Translations under genes and position numbers: made by a program
The notes under the pieces: generated by a model
Databases searched by the model: none
Seen by the model: only the letters and a program-made list of their open reading frames with translations
What the model was told of the DNA's origin: nothing
NCBI RefSeq assembly: GCF_018350175.1
Contig: NC_058368.1
Coordinates: 101,992,001-102,056,000, forward strand
Source: Felis catus
Taxonomy: Eukaryota
Direction of reading: 5' to 3'
Length of the DNA stretch: 64,000 bases
Part shown: in pieces, positions 1 to 12,535 of the stretch
How the letters are laid out: each line of letters opens with the position of its first letter
Position numbering within the stretch: the first letter of the stretch is position 1

Positions 1-126
1 TACTTTACTTATTTCAGTAAAGATTAATAAGAGTTTTTTTCATCAGGAATAACTTCAGCAAAGGAACTTACACTGTTTGGAATTTGGGAAGGGGTTTTAG
101 TAAATCAATTACTCCTAGCATCACTT

Positions 127-388
127 CTTTTTTTTTCTTTTTCTTTTTTTTTTTTTGCTGTTTTATTTCTTTATTTAAAATTTTTTTAATATAATTTATT
201 GTCAAGTTGGTTAACATACAGTATATATGGTGCGCTCTTGGTTTTGGGGGTAGATTCCCGTGATTCATCGCTTACATACAACACCCAGTGCTCCTCCCAA
301 CAAGTGCCCTCCTCAATGCCCACCACCCATTTTCTCCTCTCCCTTGTCCCTGCATGTTACCCTCAGCAACCCCCAGTTTGTTCTCTGC
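127..388 (-). mobile_element. 5'-truncated felid/carnivore L1 3' end with poly(A) tail
   Basis: T-rich tail then AATTTATTGTCAAGTTGG...GTAGATTCCCGTGATTCATCGCTTACATACAACACCCAGTGCTC; homologous copy at 27842-28166. Confidence 0.85.
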
Positions 389-1939
389 GGTTAACACCTA
401 CTGTGCTAGCCTGGGTTGTCTAAAAAGCAGCAGAGCTGGGTACAGCTTTCTAATAAGCTGCTTGCTGTTTTTCCAAGACAAATTCAGGGAGTGGGAGGTT
501 AGCGTTCATTGCAACAATCCTGTCTGTAGAGGTGGAACAGTCAAGAGAGGATTTTTCAGACTGTTCCCTCCTGTCTCCTACCAGCAATCCTTCATTTCCC
601 CTATTTTGATTTCTCATGTTGTTTCTTTTCTTATTGCCGGTCCCATCTTGCCAAAATGTCTGTTTTAATGATATTTTGAGGTCTAGCTTTGGGTTCAGCT
701 GATTACCTCCTCTGTTGCTTTCCTTATAAATGAAGAAAATAGGAACTGTTCAGAGTTTGATTATGTCCTCTCTTGTTCTTTCTTTGGCCTTAGGTTGCTT
801 GTTGTTGGTCCTCATCTTAACCTCTTTGTACGATGCTTAGCTGGCTAATAGTCTATCTTTCTTATTTCCCAAAATATGCATTTATAGTAGGACTTTCACT
901 TCTGCCATCCCCACCATGATATCATTATATGTAACTTAGACTCAACCTCTGCAGAAAGACTCACCCTTATAACAAAATCATTAGACCGTAATGACAGATG
1001 AAAACGAGAAAGCTGGAGGAGGAGACAGGTGTTTGAAAGACATTTATGTAGCTCCGTGGAAAGGCCGGTGGCAGTTGCTGTGTTACTAGTAGCTAGAAGG
1101 TCTTATTATGCCACGAGTTTAATACCTGCCGATATTCTCTTCTACGTGCACCAGGGCGAAGTGGGGAAGTAGCCTCTGGCAAGACGAGGGAGTAGGTCCA
1201 CCTGAAAGGCTGTGTGTGTATTTAGTGGTGTGTGTATATACGTATGTGTCTATCTGTCTGCCTGTTTGTGAATAAGTGCTTCTAGCTGAGACCAAGAGGA
1301 CTCCAAGGCCTGATGGCTGCATGGCCATTAGGCTGTATGTTTTATGAGCTGCAGCATTAGCGAACACAGGACATGTATTTTAGTTCCTATCCAGTTGTGT
1401 CATTTAGGCTTTAAATCATTTCCTTTACATTTTTATTTGAAAGAAGAGGAGCCTAAGAATAATAATGCATCAATGACTTCACCATGAGACCTTGGGGATT
1501 TGACAGCCATAATGCCCTGTGCCTTTTTCAAATAGTGAAATTATTTGGTTTCTTTTTACTTTGGTAGCTCCATCCAACTGGGGCTGCTTCACTGAAAAGG
1601 ATTCATCTGTTTTGTTTTGTTTTTGAGAAACATTACTGAGGGACATAAGAATAACACAGTGTGTGGCTGATTTCCCCTAAAGACAGAATGGCAATGAAAT
1701 GAAAAAGAAACAGGGGTGATGGGGTGTCTAATCCTTCCCGAGAATGAAAAGCTCAAGTTAAAAGGGCAAAACTAGCCCATGCTTCTTAAGAGGCAAGGAG
1801 TGGAAAGAGGATTGTTATTTTGACCTAATGGCAACCGCAAAGGGAATAATGAGGTTACCTGACCCCACGCTAGTTTGTAAATGACTACTTTCTTAGTGAA
1901 CAATTCTATTTCAGCAGCTGCCTACCCAACTGCATTCTC

Positions 1940-1942
<3 letters not shown>

Positions 1943-1980
<38 letters not shown>
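1943..1980. repeat. (AC)19 microsatellite
   Basis: Perfect AC run seen directly. Confidence 0.98.
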
Positions 1981-1984
<4 letters not shown>

Positions 1985-4226
1985 GCGATGGGGGCTGCGT
2001 CTCTTCCTTTCTAAATCCCAAAATACTTCATTTCCACCTCAAGTGCTGTTGCAGTGACTTTAGGACACGTTAATTCAAAGTAATCCTATGTTATTCAGCC
2101 AGAGGTTTTGCCTTTCCCTTTAATTACGCTTGTGCGAGCTCTTTTTTTTAGGCATGCTTAATATAGGCATTTGTCTTTCCTTTGTGGCTTTATGCAAATT
2201 TTTAAAAGACATTCGGGTACTGGAACTGGAGCCTCTACGTGTCTCTTTGGGGACCCACTTGGGGAGAGATGAAGACTGTTCACACATTACGAGCACCCGC
2301 CGACACCGATTTTAACTATGCATTCCCTGTCGGAGAGCCCTTCTACTTTTGCAAAGTAAATAGCTTTCTGTCTTGCCTGTCACTGTTTGATCAATGTCTT
2401 TATGATAACACAATAGCGTTATAAAAACAGTAGAAGGAAATATGAAGATGATTAACACAAACGAGAGCTCTGGAACCCAAAATAGGCCTGGCAAGCGGGG
2501 GAGGGGGGCAGCAGAATGGAGGGGGAAGGAGTAAGACAGGAAACCCGATGGCTGTTACTCCATATGGGCTTTGATTGGCTTTATTGATTCCTTCACCCTC
2601 TCATCACTTCTACCTCCAAAACAGGCAGCCAACTCCAGACTTAATTATTTTCTTTCTAAGAAAAAGAGAGCGCGAGAGCAAGAGAAAAGCCAGAATCTGT
2701 TCATATAAGGGAAGCAGTCATCACTGCTCATTTTTTTTAAAGCACTTAAGGGTCATTAGTCTAACACTGCAGCAAATGTATTATTCATTTTGCCTTAGCC
2801 CAATTTCTCGGCTAAGACTTTTGCGAGAAAACGATACACAGTTCAGTAGGGAGGTGATTGATCAAGCCAGAAGGAACAGAATTTGGGCATCCTGATAAAA
2901 ATTTTTCTCAGGCTTCTCCGTTAGCATAAATCAATTTTATTTATGTAGTAACACTTGAATACTAACTACCCAATGCCATCCGTCAGAGCAAAATTGATGA
3001 CTATACCTTTAGGTTAATATTACTTGAACATTTCATTCTGAATAATTTATACACATTTCTGTCTGACTGTCAATTCGAGATTGTTTATTTGGTTTCAGCA
3101 AGTGCAGCTGAACCAAGGCTTTTATTAGGAAAAGGTTCTCATCTCTGTTTATTTTGAGCGTTAAGGGTGCTTGTCCTCTCTGGGGGCCTTGCTATTATTC
3201 CACAGGAATGGAAACACGGAACCATGGGGTACCCAGTCTAGGGTGGGTTAGGGTATTTTCAAGGGCCTTTTCTCTAAATGCTCTGTATTCTTCTGTGGCA
3301 AAAACAACCAGAACTATTTGTGACCAGATAAAAAGGTGGCCAAGTAGAAGTGAGCAGGTACTTAATAACAACGCTTCGATGTTGTTTGTGGAGAGGATGT
3401 GAATGTATTTCATTAGCAGTCTCGAGTGTCGTGCTCACTCTTCGGCAAATAATCTAATCTGTCCGCCAAGACTTGTGCTAACATTACCCTCTCCTTTTGG
3501 GTGACTTTCCATGTGACGACTAATCTTCATCTTATAAAGAACGTGATCTATTTCATAATCACTCCATCTGCCTCTTTTTCAGTTTTACGGTAATCCCCTT
3601 CCTCTGGGCAGATGACATGAAAATATGTGCGTGTTCAGACTCTGTGTCTGAAGTGAGTGGTCAAGTATGAAAGGCTGTTAAGTTTCACAGAGTGAAAAAA
3701 ACAGAAAGGTTTTTTTTTTTTTTTTCCAAATCAACTTAATTATTTATGATCTTGACCTAAGTCATCCCTGCGTCAGACTTCATTTCTTCTTGTCAGAAAT
3801 GCACCCACGGTATCAGCCAAGGGTGTCTGTAGCTGAGAGGTTTTACCTGTGTATTTTTACACCGAGGAAGAGAGTCTTCCATTTAATTGGAGAAATTCTG
3901 TCTCCTAGATAAGATTCTCTCTTCCTCTCCACCCTCTCCCCACTCTCTCTTAGAAACACATTGCTCTACTTTTGGGAAACTTCTTCTCCAACAGTCTGCA
4001 GAGCTCAGTCTCATGAGAATGTCTGACAACCAATAGGAGGAAACAGCAGCTTATACAAGGTGATGCTTTACACATCAGAGGAAAGACTCAAAACAAGGCA
4101 TCAATTCCAAATAAATCACTCTCCGGTTGGATTTATAGAAACATTTCTTCTGTGTTCAGAGTCCTCATTAGCAGAAACCAGCAGAGGAGCTGGATTTTAT
4201 AGAATGTGCAGACATACCATAATTCA

Positions 4227-4274
4227 CTCCCTCTCCCTCTCTCCCTCCCTCCCTCCCTCTCTCTCTCTCTCCCC

Positions 4275-4360
<86 letters not shown>
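4227..4360. repeat. Compound (CT/CCCT)n-(CA)n microsatellite
   Basis: About 100-bp pyrimidine tract abutting a (CA)17 run. Confidence 0.97.
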
Positions 4361-4362
<2 letters not shown>

Positions 4363-4611
4363 TGGAAATGAGTCAGGGCTACCATTAGAAAGCATGCCTT
4401 CAGATTTGCCTCAGACGTAATTATGATGTTAAAGGAAGAAAGATAAAATCTACCCATGAACGACACATGTATTTAGGCACTGATTACAGAGTAGCCTGTA
4501 CTTACCTCTGCCTGGACCATCACATATACAGCTTCATCTCTTAAAGACTTTGAATTGTTTATTCAACTCAAGAGATATTCATTGAACTCCAATTATTTGG
4601 AAGACACTGTT

Positions 4612-4828
4612 CTATTTTTCTTAAATGTTTTATTTATTTTTGAGAGAGGTAGAGAGACAGAGTGCAAGCTGGGGAGGGGCACAGAGAGGGAGACACAGAA
4701 TCCAAAGCAGGCTCCAGGCTGTGAGCTGTCGGCACAGAGCCCGATGCGGGGCTCAAACTCACAAACCGTGAGATCATGACCTGAGCCGAAGTCGGACGCT
4801 TAACTGACTGAGCCACCCAGAAGCCCCC
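4612..4828 (-). mobile_element. Can-SINE (SINEC_Fc-type), full length
   Basis: Reverse complement of tRNA-like head, CT-rich body and A-rich tail. Confidence 0.95.
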
Positions 4829-4931
4829 CTTTTTCTTTTTTTAATGTTTTATTTATTTTTGAGAGAGAGACAGAGAGACAGAGTGCAAGCTGGGGAGGGG
4901 CACAGAGAGGGAAACACAGAATCCGAAGCAG
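4829..4931 (-). mobile_element. Can-SINE 3' half (5'-truncated), twin of the adjacent copy
   Basis: Shares GAGTGCAAGCTGGGGAGGGGCACAGAGAGGG with the previous copy; TSD GAAGACACTGTT (4600-4611/4933-4944) brackets both. Confidence 0.9.
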
Positions 4932-5212
4932 AGAAGACACTGTTGTAGAAACCACACAGATGCCCAGCTGAGTAAGTCATAATCCTTAAATACCCTTATG
5001 GTTAAAAGAGGTTGAGAATACAAGCCATACAGTAAATATGTTACTATGTACCTATACATACATATGTATAAACAAAGGCAAATTTCATAAAAGCAGCATA
5101 AAAATACTTTTGCAATACTAGAGTATGATATATTTTATCGGAGGCATTTGCTGTGGTTGTGTTATACCCATTATGCATCATGCTATGTGTTGATTAAAGT
5201 TTACATGACAAG

Positions 5213-5418
5213 GGGCACCTGCATGGCTCAGTCGGTTGAGCGTCCGACTTTGGCTCAGGTCACGATCTCGTCGTTCGTGGGTTCAAGCCCCGCGTCGGGC
5301 TCTGTGTCGACAGCTCAGAGCCTGGAACCTGCTTCCATTCTGTGTCTCCCTCTCTCTCTGCCCCTCCCCTGCTTGTGCTATGTCTCTAAAATAAATAAAC
5401 ATTAAAAAAAATTTTTTT
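5213..5418 (+). mobile_element. Can-SINE
   Basis: GGGCACCTG..TGGCTCAGTCGGTT head; TSD AAGTTTACATGACAAG 5197-5212/5419-5434. Confidence 0.95.
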
Positions 5419-6545
5419 AAGTTTACATGACAAGATTTTCATTAGATTTTAATTAAGAATTTTTTAAAGTACTCTGCATGTTGTGCATTGGTACGCAAGG
5501 ATTAGCAGGGAGTTGCATTACAAGAGCCTATTGGCCAAAAGAAGAAAGGTGGTGTGCATTTTTAAGGCTCAACTGTGCGTTCAGACTCCTGAAGCATTAT
5601 TAGAATGGGACCAGCTGTAGGTTACACCCAGTAAGTTTAAACACCCTGATATTATTGTTATAAAGGCCAATCTCATTACTCTGTAGCAAATCCCAAATTA
5701 TGTAATCATGACATATATAGCTCAAATCTCATCAATATCACAACAGCATGTAACAGTGCATGTCTATTGTCAAAGTAGGAATACCGCTCCATTACATGAA
5801 TTTGCCTTTAACTTATTAAATATGCCTAAAAACATGCAACTGTTATAAATTAATAGAAATTTAATTATGTATTTATTGCTTGGCTAATTCCACTTTCTTA
5901 AGGAGTAGCTCCATATATATTACTTAATAAAATTCAATAACCATTCCTAATAATCAATGCTGTAGAAGCAATGTTTAGAGCCCTTGACCACTGAAGTCTC
6001 AATTAAATACTCATTTTAGATACTCTGCTGTCTGTGCTACTCGTCCACAAGACTTCTGAAATCATTCTAATTCACAATTATTTCTTTCCTCGTCTTAAGA
6101 TTTAGCTCGGGACATATTTTAAAAGCCTATCCAGATGGATCAAAACAACTTGATGAATAATTTTTTTTTTAATGACTTAGGAGACAGAAGGAAATGTGAG
6201 AAGTGTTATACCAAGAGAATGCCTGCATTCTTGCCCTTGATGAAACCTTTCTCTTCAAGCTTCCGAGACTTTTTCATTGAGCTAAAGTAATAGGAGTTTA
6301 TGGAGTTTCTCAGAACTAAAATCTGCTCATACGTCCTTCATGTTTTCAGACGAATCTCAATACTGCAGAGATACATGGGTTTGTTTGTAGGCTGGTGGGC
6401 ACAGAGATAAACTTACGATACAACTAGTTCAGGCTAATCTTTCCCATGATAATGAGCTGGGGGTGGGCTTGGTGTGGGTCTACGGGAGGGGGGTTCGGCC
6501 ACTCTGTGTTCTTACAGCCAAAGGAGTGCCAAGAACAAAAGCAAT

Positions 6546-6780
6546 GGGGCGCCTGGGTGGCTCAGTGGGTTAAGCATCTGACTTTGGCTCAGGTCATGAT
6601 CTCACGGCTCCTGGGTTCGAGCCCCGCTCTGGGCTTCGTGCTGACAGTTCATCGCCTGGAGCCTGCTTTGGATTCTGTGTCTCCCTCTTTCTCTGCCCCT
6701 CCCCCATTCGCCCTCTGTCTCCCTCTCTCTGCCTGTCTCTCCCTCTTTCTCAAAAATATATAAACAAACAAATAAATAAA
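6546..6780 (+). mobile_element. Can-SINE
   Basis: GGGGCGCCTGGGTGGCTCAG head, B box GGTTCGAGCCC, CT body, A-rich tail. Confidence 0.95.
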
Positions 6781-6844
6781 ACAAGAGCAAAGATCTTAAA
6801 AACTAAACTCATGGACCAAGGATCTTTAAAACTCCTTGGGGTTA

Positions 6845-6920
6845 TGTAAATCCTCACAGTAATCCTAGGAGATAATGCGTTACCATCTACCATTATAGGA
6901 CAGGAAGCTAAAGCTCAGAA
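6845..6920 (-). mobile_element. MIR fragment
   Basis: AATCCTCACAGTAATCCTAGGAG...GGAAGCTAAAGCTCAGA resembles reverse MIR core. Confidence 0.55.
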
Positions 6921-6969
6921 GCCATGTACATAGTAAAAGGTAAACCTTGAACAAGAATCTAGAGCACTC

Positions 6970-7190
6970 AGGGTGCCTGGGTGGCTCAGTCAGTTAAGCG
7001 TCCGACTTCAGCTCAGGTCATGATCTCAAGGTTTGTGCGTTCAATCCCTGCGTTGGGCTCTGTGCTTGACCGCTCAGAGTCTGGAGCCTGCTTCAGATTC
7101 TGTGTCTCCCTCTCTCTCTGCCCCTCCCCTGCTCACGCTCTGTCTCTGTCTCTCAAAAATAAATAAATGTAAAAAAAAAATTTTTTTAAG
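6970..7190 (+). mobile_element. Can-SINE
   Basis: TSD AGAATCTAGAGCACTC 6954-6969/7191-7206. Confidence 0.95.
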
Positions 7191-7221
7191 AGAATCTAGA
7201 GCACTCTAAATAACAGAACTG

Positions 7222-7465
7222 GGGGCGCCTGGGTGGCGCCGTCGGTTAAGCGTCCGACTTCAGCCAGGTCACGATCTCGCGGGGTCCGTGAGTTCGAGCC
7301 CCGCGTCGGGCTCTGGGCTGATGGCTCAGAGCCTGGAGCCTGTTTCCGATTCTGTGTCTCCCTCTCTCTCTGCCCCTCCCCCGTTCATGCTCTGTCTCTC
7401 TCTGTCCCAAAAAAAATAAATAAACGTTGGAAAAAAAATTAAAAAAAAAAATAAAAATAAATAAA
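7222..7465 (+). mobile_element. Can-SINE, young felid subfamily
   Basis: Variant CTTCAGCCAGGTCACGATCTCGCGG, intact CpGs; TSD TAAATAACAGAACTG 7207-7221/7466-7480. Confidence 0.95.
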
Positions 7466-8299
7466 TAAATAACAGAACTGTTGGTCTATCTGCTACAGAG
7501 AGCTTCGCCCTCGCTAAGCAAACAATCCAGGGTTTTTAGGTGGGAGTCTAAGTTCATGACTGTTTCTCTCTCGGCCTATGAGTAGAATGAATCCCCAAAA
7601 ACCATTCCTAGGGGGCAAAAATACCCGATTTAAAAAAAGCATGCTATGCAGATTTGAATCTAAGAAGCAGTAATTAGCCCGCTAGCGATACTATCCATTA
7701 AGGGAAGCGGTCACGTGGCCATAAAATGTTAAAAGAGAAGTGATGAGGGATACAAGTAAACTCACCCCCTTTTCAAAATGTTTCCCACGGGTATCTTGAA
7801 ATAAAACTTAGACATCAGGTTTCTTTGCTTTCTCCTGCTTCCCTTTGCCAGGGCCAACATAAGTAAGGAAAATACTGTCTTGTTAAATTTTTCAAATGAA
7901 TAAGAAAACAGACAAACAGAAAATATCTGGTATATTAATCTGGGAGACATTCGTAGTGTTAAAATGTGAAATCTACGAAGCATAAAGTAACCCAAAAGCT
8001 AATTTGGAAGGTATCACAGTTCCTGGCAGTGAGGAGTATTGCCCACCTGGGCTCTTGACTCGAGGTGTGAGGTTTGCTTAACACTTCTCCCTTTGACACA
8101 CCTGAGTGAAGAAGCAATCTTTAACAATACCTGGAGGGTTTCTTTACATGTGATTTTGAAAGACAATAAGTATGGAATCAACTGTACACAGTTCACCTAA
8201 CATCGTGAACTATGTTCATTGTTATATATGAGCTAATATGTATGTTTATATACTTATATTCTGCAAATCCATTTTTTAAGGTTCCATTATCCACCTCTC

Positions 8300-8395
8300 C
8301 TCATTTACTCAATTTTTCACTAACATGTATCCAATAAGTATTTGTTGTGCAGCTAGCAGGCACTGGTGGAGATACAGGGTGAATAAGACATCTGA
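8300..8395 (-). mobile_element. L2 3' end fragment
   Basis: CAATAAGTATTTGTTGTGC...GGCACTGGTGGAGATACAGGGTGAATAAGACA. Confidence 0.6.
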
Positions 8396-8760
8396 TCTGA
8401 ATTTATTAAAAGTCTACTATCGCAGAGTTTTCGGAATAAGCAGCACCACCAGGTAAAATCTTGAGACTGTTGGAAATACATCAGACCATAGAACGGGATC
8501 ACAATTCCTAAGTAAAACATACCTAAGCAATCCTCCCTTGCTAAGAGGTAAGTTGCATCTTTGCAACAGGGAAAACCTTCAAATACCTGAAAAATAGCCC
8601 GTATGTGTAGACATCCGTATTTTGCTGTGCATGTCTCTATAACTCAACTGGGCAGAAAACTTCTACTTGGTAACCAATAAGGCAAAAGAAAGTTATCAAT
8701 GGATGCCAATACAAATTCAGAATTCTGCCTCCAGGGAGTACGCAGAAACATGCAACCTTC

Positions 8761-8992
8761 AGGGCACCTGGGTGGCTCAGCTGGGGTTGAGCACCTGACT
8801 TCAGCTGAGGTCATGATTTCACCATTCCTGAGTTCGAGCCCACATCGGGCTCTGTGCTGATAGCTCAGAACCTGGAGGCTATTGCAGATTCTGTGTCTCC
8901 CTCTCTGTCTCTGCCCCTCCTCCACTTGTGCTCTCTCTCTCTCTCTCTCAAAAATAAACAACCATTAAAAAAAGTTTTAAAAATAAAAATAA
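8761..8992 (+). mobile_element. Can-SINE
   Basis: Head, body and tail; imperfect TSD AGAAAC...CAACCTTC. Confidence 0.93.
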
Positions 8993-9289
8993 AGAAACGC
9001 ACAACCTTCTCCCTCCCTCCCTCCCTCCCTCCACCACCCTGCTGGAAAGGTCTTAGCTTGACTACAGGCTATGGGAAAAATTGGTTTTATGGTAGCTCTA
9101 AAGTATAAAGGGCTTTATGAAAAACATTAAGTTATATAAGGAATAAGTTACAGAAATACCCTCTCACCATGAAAGTTTTGAACACGGAAGCCCCCTCCAC
9201 ACCTCTGCCCATCAAAATGCTGTTTTCAGTTGGCTCCCCTTTTTAGAAGTTTCTTTTGGACAAAAGCATTAGGATTTAAAAAAAAAAAA

Positions 9290-11870
9290 AACTTAAAGAG
9301 AATCATGCTGTAGACATTTTCTCAATTAAATTTTAAGGCCTCAGATGTCTTTTCACATCAGCACATAAAGATCAATCTCATTATTTTAATGATGGAGTAT
9401 TATTTCAAATACAGAAATATAAGAAGGCATTTAATCCCTATTGATGTATTTTTACAATTTTTCTAATTCTTTGCCAGTCCTTCCTAAGCGATGGTTCTGA
9501 AAAGACAAATGATACCATCTGAATAGCTCTGGGAATACATTTACAGGGTGTGGTTTTCCACAGAAGAGCTTGCTAGGAGAATTGTGAGTCACAGCCTCCA
9601 ACTGTTGATAGACGCTGCTCTGACTTTCTGCAGAATGGCTTTGCCTATCATATCAATGGTGTTGTAGGGCTGCACTTAGCCTTACATTATCATCAGCTCC
9701 TGATACTATCCATCAATACAATGGTGTCATTAACTCACTATTGTTAACGTGCATTACAGTGAATACAAATGCAGTTGAGAAAAATTTGTATAGGTGTGCC
9801 ATTTCTTTGTAATTTTTCCTCAACTTGCACTTTGAATCATCAGTCCATTAAAAAAATTTTTTTTGTCTTTTTGTAGTTGGTATTTCTGGAGTTCTATCAT
9901 ATTCCATAAATTAATCCAGGGTCTGTGAACTATGTGGACGTTATTTCTCTCTCCGTCTCTCACTTGCCTTTTAAGTTGATGACAGTAGTTTCGGTGAAGA
10001 AATTTCATATTTCTGTCAGGTCAAATCTATCCTATTTTCTGATTTTCTGCCTTACTTAGGAAGGTTTTTTTTTTACCATCTTTTATCAACTCAAGATGAT
10101 ATACATCTCAATATGGTATTTTTTAATCCTAGATAGTCTTTTATGTTATTTTTTTCATACTTTTCACGCTTTGGTCTTCTATTCAACAGATATTTGCTTG
10201 TGTGAAGTGGAAACTAAAGGCCTAATTTTACTATCCACTTGCCATAAATTATGTATTGAGTATTTTATTTGGTCCCCATTGATATGAAATTCTACATTTT
10301 TCAAAAATATTATTTCAACACAATCTGCTTCCAGGCTGTTTATTCCATTTACGATCTATATATTTATTCATGTACCAAGATCACACTGTTGTAATTACTC
10401 TAATTTTAAAGTATGTTTTGATAGTTGCAAGGACAATTCCTCTACTTTGTTATCTTTCTAAATATCACAGACTGTAGGGGGTGGATGAAATGGGCAAAGG
10501 TGGTCAAAAGGTACAAAGTTCCACTAATCACGCGATAGAACGTACAACATGGTGACTATAGTTAATAATGCTGTATATTTGAAAGCTGCTTAGAGAGTCA
10601 ACCTTAAAATTTTTAATCACAAGAAAAATAATTTGTACTATGAATAGTGATGAAAGTTAACTAGACTACTGTGGTGATCATTCTGCAATAGATACTAACA
10701 CTGATCATTATACTGTATACCTAAAACTAATGTTATGTAACAACTGTATCTGAATCTAAAAACATATCACTGACTGTGTATATTTTCTCTAACATACAAA
10801 CTCATCAATTTGCCAATATTCATTATCAAAAGTGTTGGGACTGGATTAGGTTTGCATTACATATACAGAAGTTTATGGGGATTAATATTTAAAAGGAAAA
10901 ATGTTTCAATCTGTTCAAGTTTTCTTTTAGGCCTTACATCATCATCAGCTCCTGATACTATCCATCAATACAAAGAAGTATAATTTTCCTCACATGTTAC
11001 ACCTTGCTTGTTAGGTTAATTTTCAGATATTTTGTGGGGGTTTTTTGGCTTATTATAAATAGGCTTGTTTTGCAGCACATTTTTAAATTGACTATTTTTG
11101 ACAAGCAGGAAAACTGTTGTATTTGTATATGCATCTTATATCCAGCAACTTACTGACTTCTCTTCCTATCTCTAATGTACTTTTTTCAACCTTATGGATT
11201 TTCTAGGTCCAAAATTAATGTCTGCAAATAGTGAGAGTTTATTTTCTTCCTTTCCAACATCATTACCTCAACACTTCTTTCTTATTACAGGGGCTAGGAC
11301 CTTGAGTACAGTGTTGAAAACGAGGGGTGATAATAAGTATTTTTCTGTACATCTTGACTTTAGTGGGAGAGCTACTAATGATTTACCATCAAATATTTTT
11401 CTTACTATAGGTTTCTAGTAGATACTTGTTGCTACACTTTGGTAATGTGTTTGATTTACTCCTTAGTAAATATTTCTTAATTAAAAAATGAGAACAAAAT
11501 TTTATCAAATCAAGTTATTTAGGAATCTATTTCATCAAATGGGTGTTTCCAGTTAATATTCTATTTAATCTATTAATTGATGAATTGCATTTATAGGTTG
11601 TCTGATGTTAAGCCATTCTTACATCCCTCAAAAAACACTTCGTTATGAAGTGATTCTTCAATTAGCTAATAATTTATTCAAGTATTTGTATCTTTGTTCT
11701 TCAGTGAGATTGGCCTAGAGCGTGTGTGCATGTAACAGTACCCTTACAGAAAGGGTTGAGAAGCTTTTCCTGCAGCTTCCATGCCATGGAAGGTTTTATG
11801 TAACAGAGAAACATTCAGAGACTTGACCATTAAATATAACTTGCCTATATAACCATTTGAGTTTCATATT
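9290..11870 (-). mobile_element. Ancient L1 (L1ME-like) 3' UTR and ORF2 remnants, fragmented
   Basis: Reverse L1 motifs such as TTATATCCAGCAACTTACTGAC, GTCTGCAAATAGTGAGAGTTT, GCTAGGACCTTGAGTACAGTGTTGAA; interrupted at 10476-10763. Confidence 0.75.
10476..10763 (+). mobile_element. L1MA-type 3' end nested in older L1
   Basis: GGTGGTCAAAAGGTACAAA...CAACATGGTGACTATAGTTAATAAT...TGTATACCTAAAACTAATG; TSD ATATCAC(A/T)GACTGT 10462-10475/10764-10777. Confidence 0.85.
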
Positions 11871-12279
11871 TTTTCCTACTGTTGACATCTCTATAACCAT
11901 GGTATATTTGCTGAAACTAAGAAATTAACTATAAACTAACGTACAGACTTCTTTAACCTATATGTTGAAACAAACTTTACAAACAGCAAGCATTGCTCAT
12001 ATTTATATTATTTTCCCCCCCACCTCATTTCAACCACATTTCTTTAGTCCAAGCTAGCCTTCTTCCTAACACACCGCTGCAAAAACTGCAACATAAAGGC
12101 AACCCAAATCACTAGTTCTACCTCTCTACTTCTCAGGAAGGACCTCTTCAACCTGAGTGTGCTGTGTGCAGACTCTCTCTCTCTCTCTCTGCACTGGGTA
12201 CTCTCTGTTCTGAAAAGCCAGGAAGTGGTTTGGAGGAGGAAGTAAGAGATAAAAGGAAAAGAATGATTCCAAATCAACC

Positions 12280-12535
12280 ACACTAAATGCAATGTGGGAT
12301 CCTGGATTGGATCCAGGAATAGAAAAAGGACAGTAGTGGAAAAACAGTTGAAATCCAAATGAAATCCATAGTTTAGTCCACAGTATTGTACCAATATTAA
12401 CTTCTTTGTCTTAAAAAAAATATACTATGGTTATATAAATGTCAATACTGGGGCAAATGGGTGAAGAATATAAGGGAACTCTTTGTACTATTTCTGCGAG
12501 TGTCCCATAAACTAAAATTTTTCCAAAATAAAGTA
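12280..12535 (+). mobile_element. L1MB/L1MC-type 3' end
   Basis: ACTAAATGCAATGTGGGATCCTGGATTGGATCC...GGGAACTCTTTGTACTAT...CCAAAATAAAG; short inverted homologous piece near 11871-11950. Confidence 0.8.

Noticed and set aside
3195..3413. Hydrophobic 72-aa ORF and a GGGTTAGGG telomere-like motif
   Set aside because: No recognisable homology or splice context; a single hexamer is a chance match
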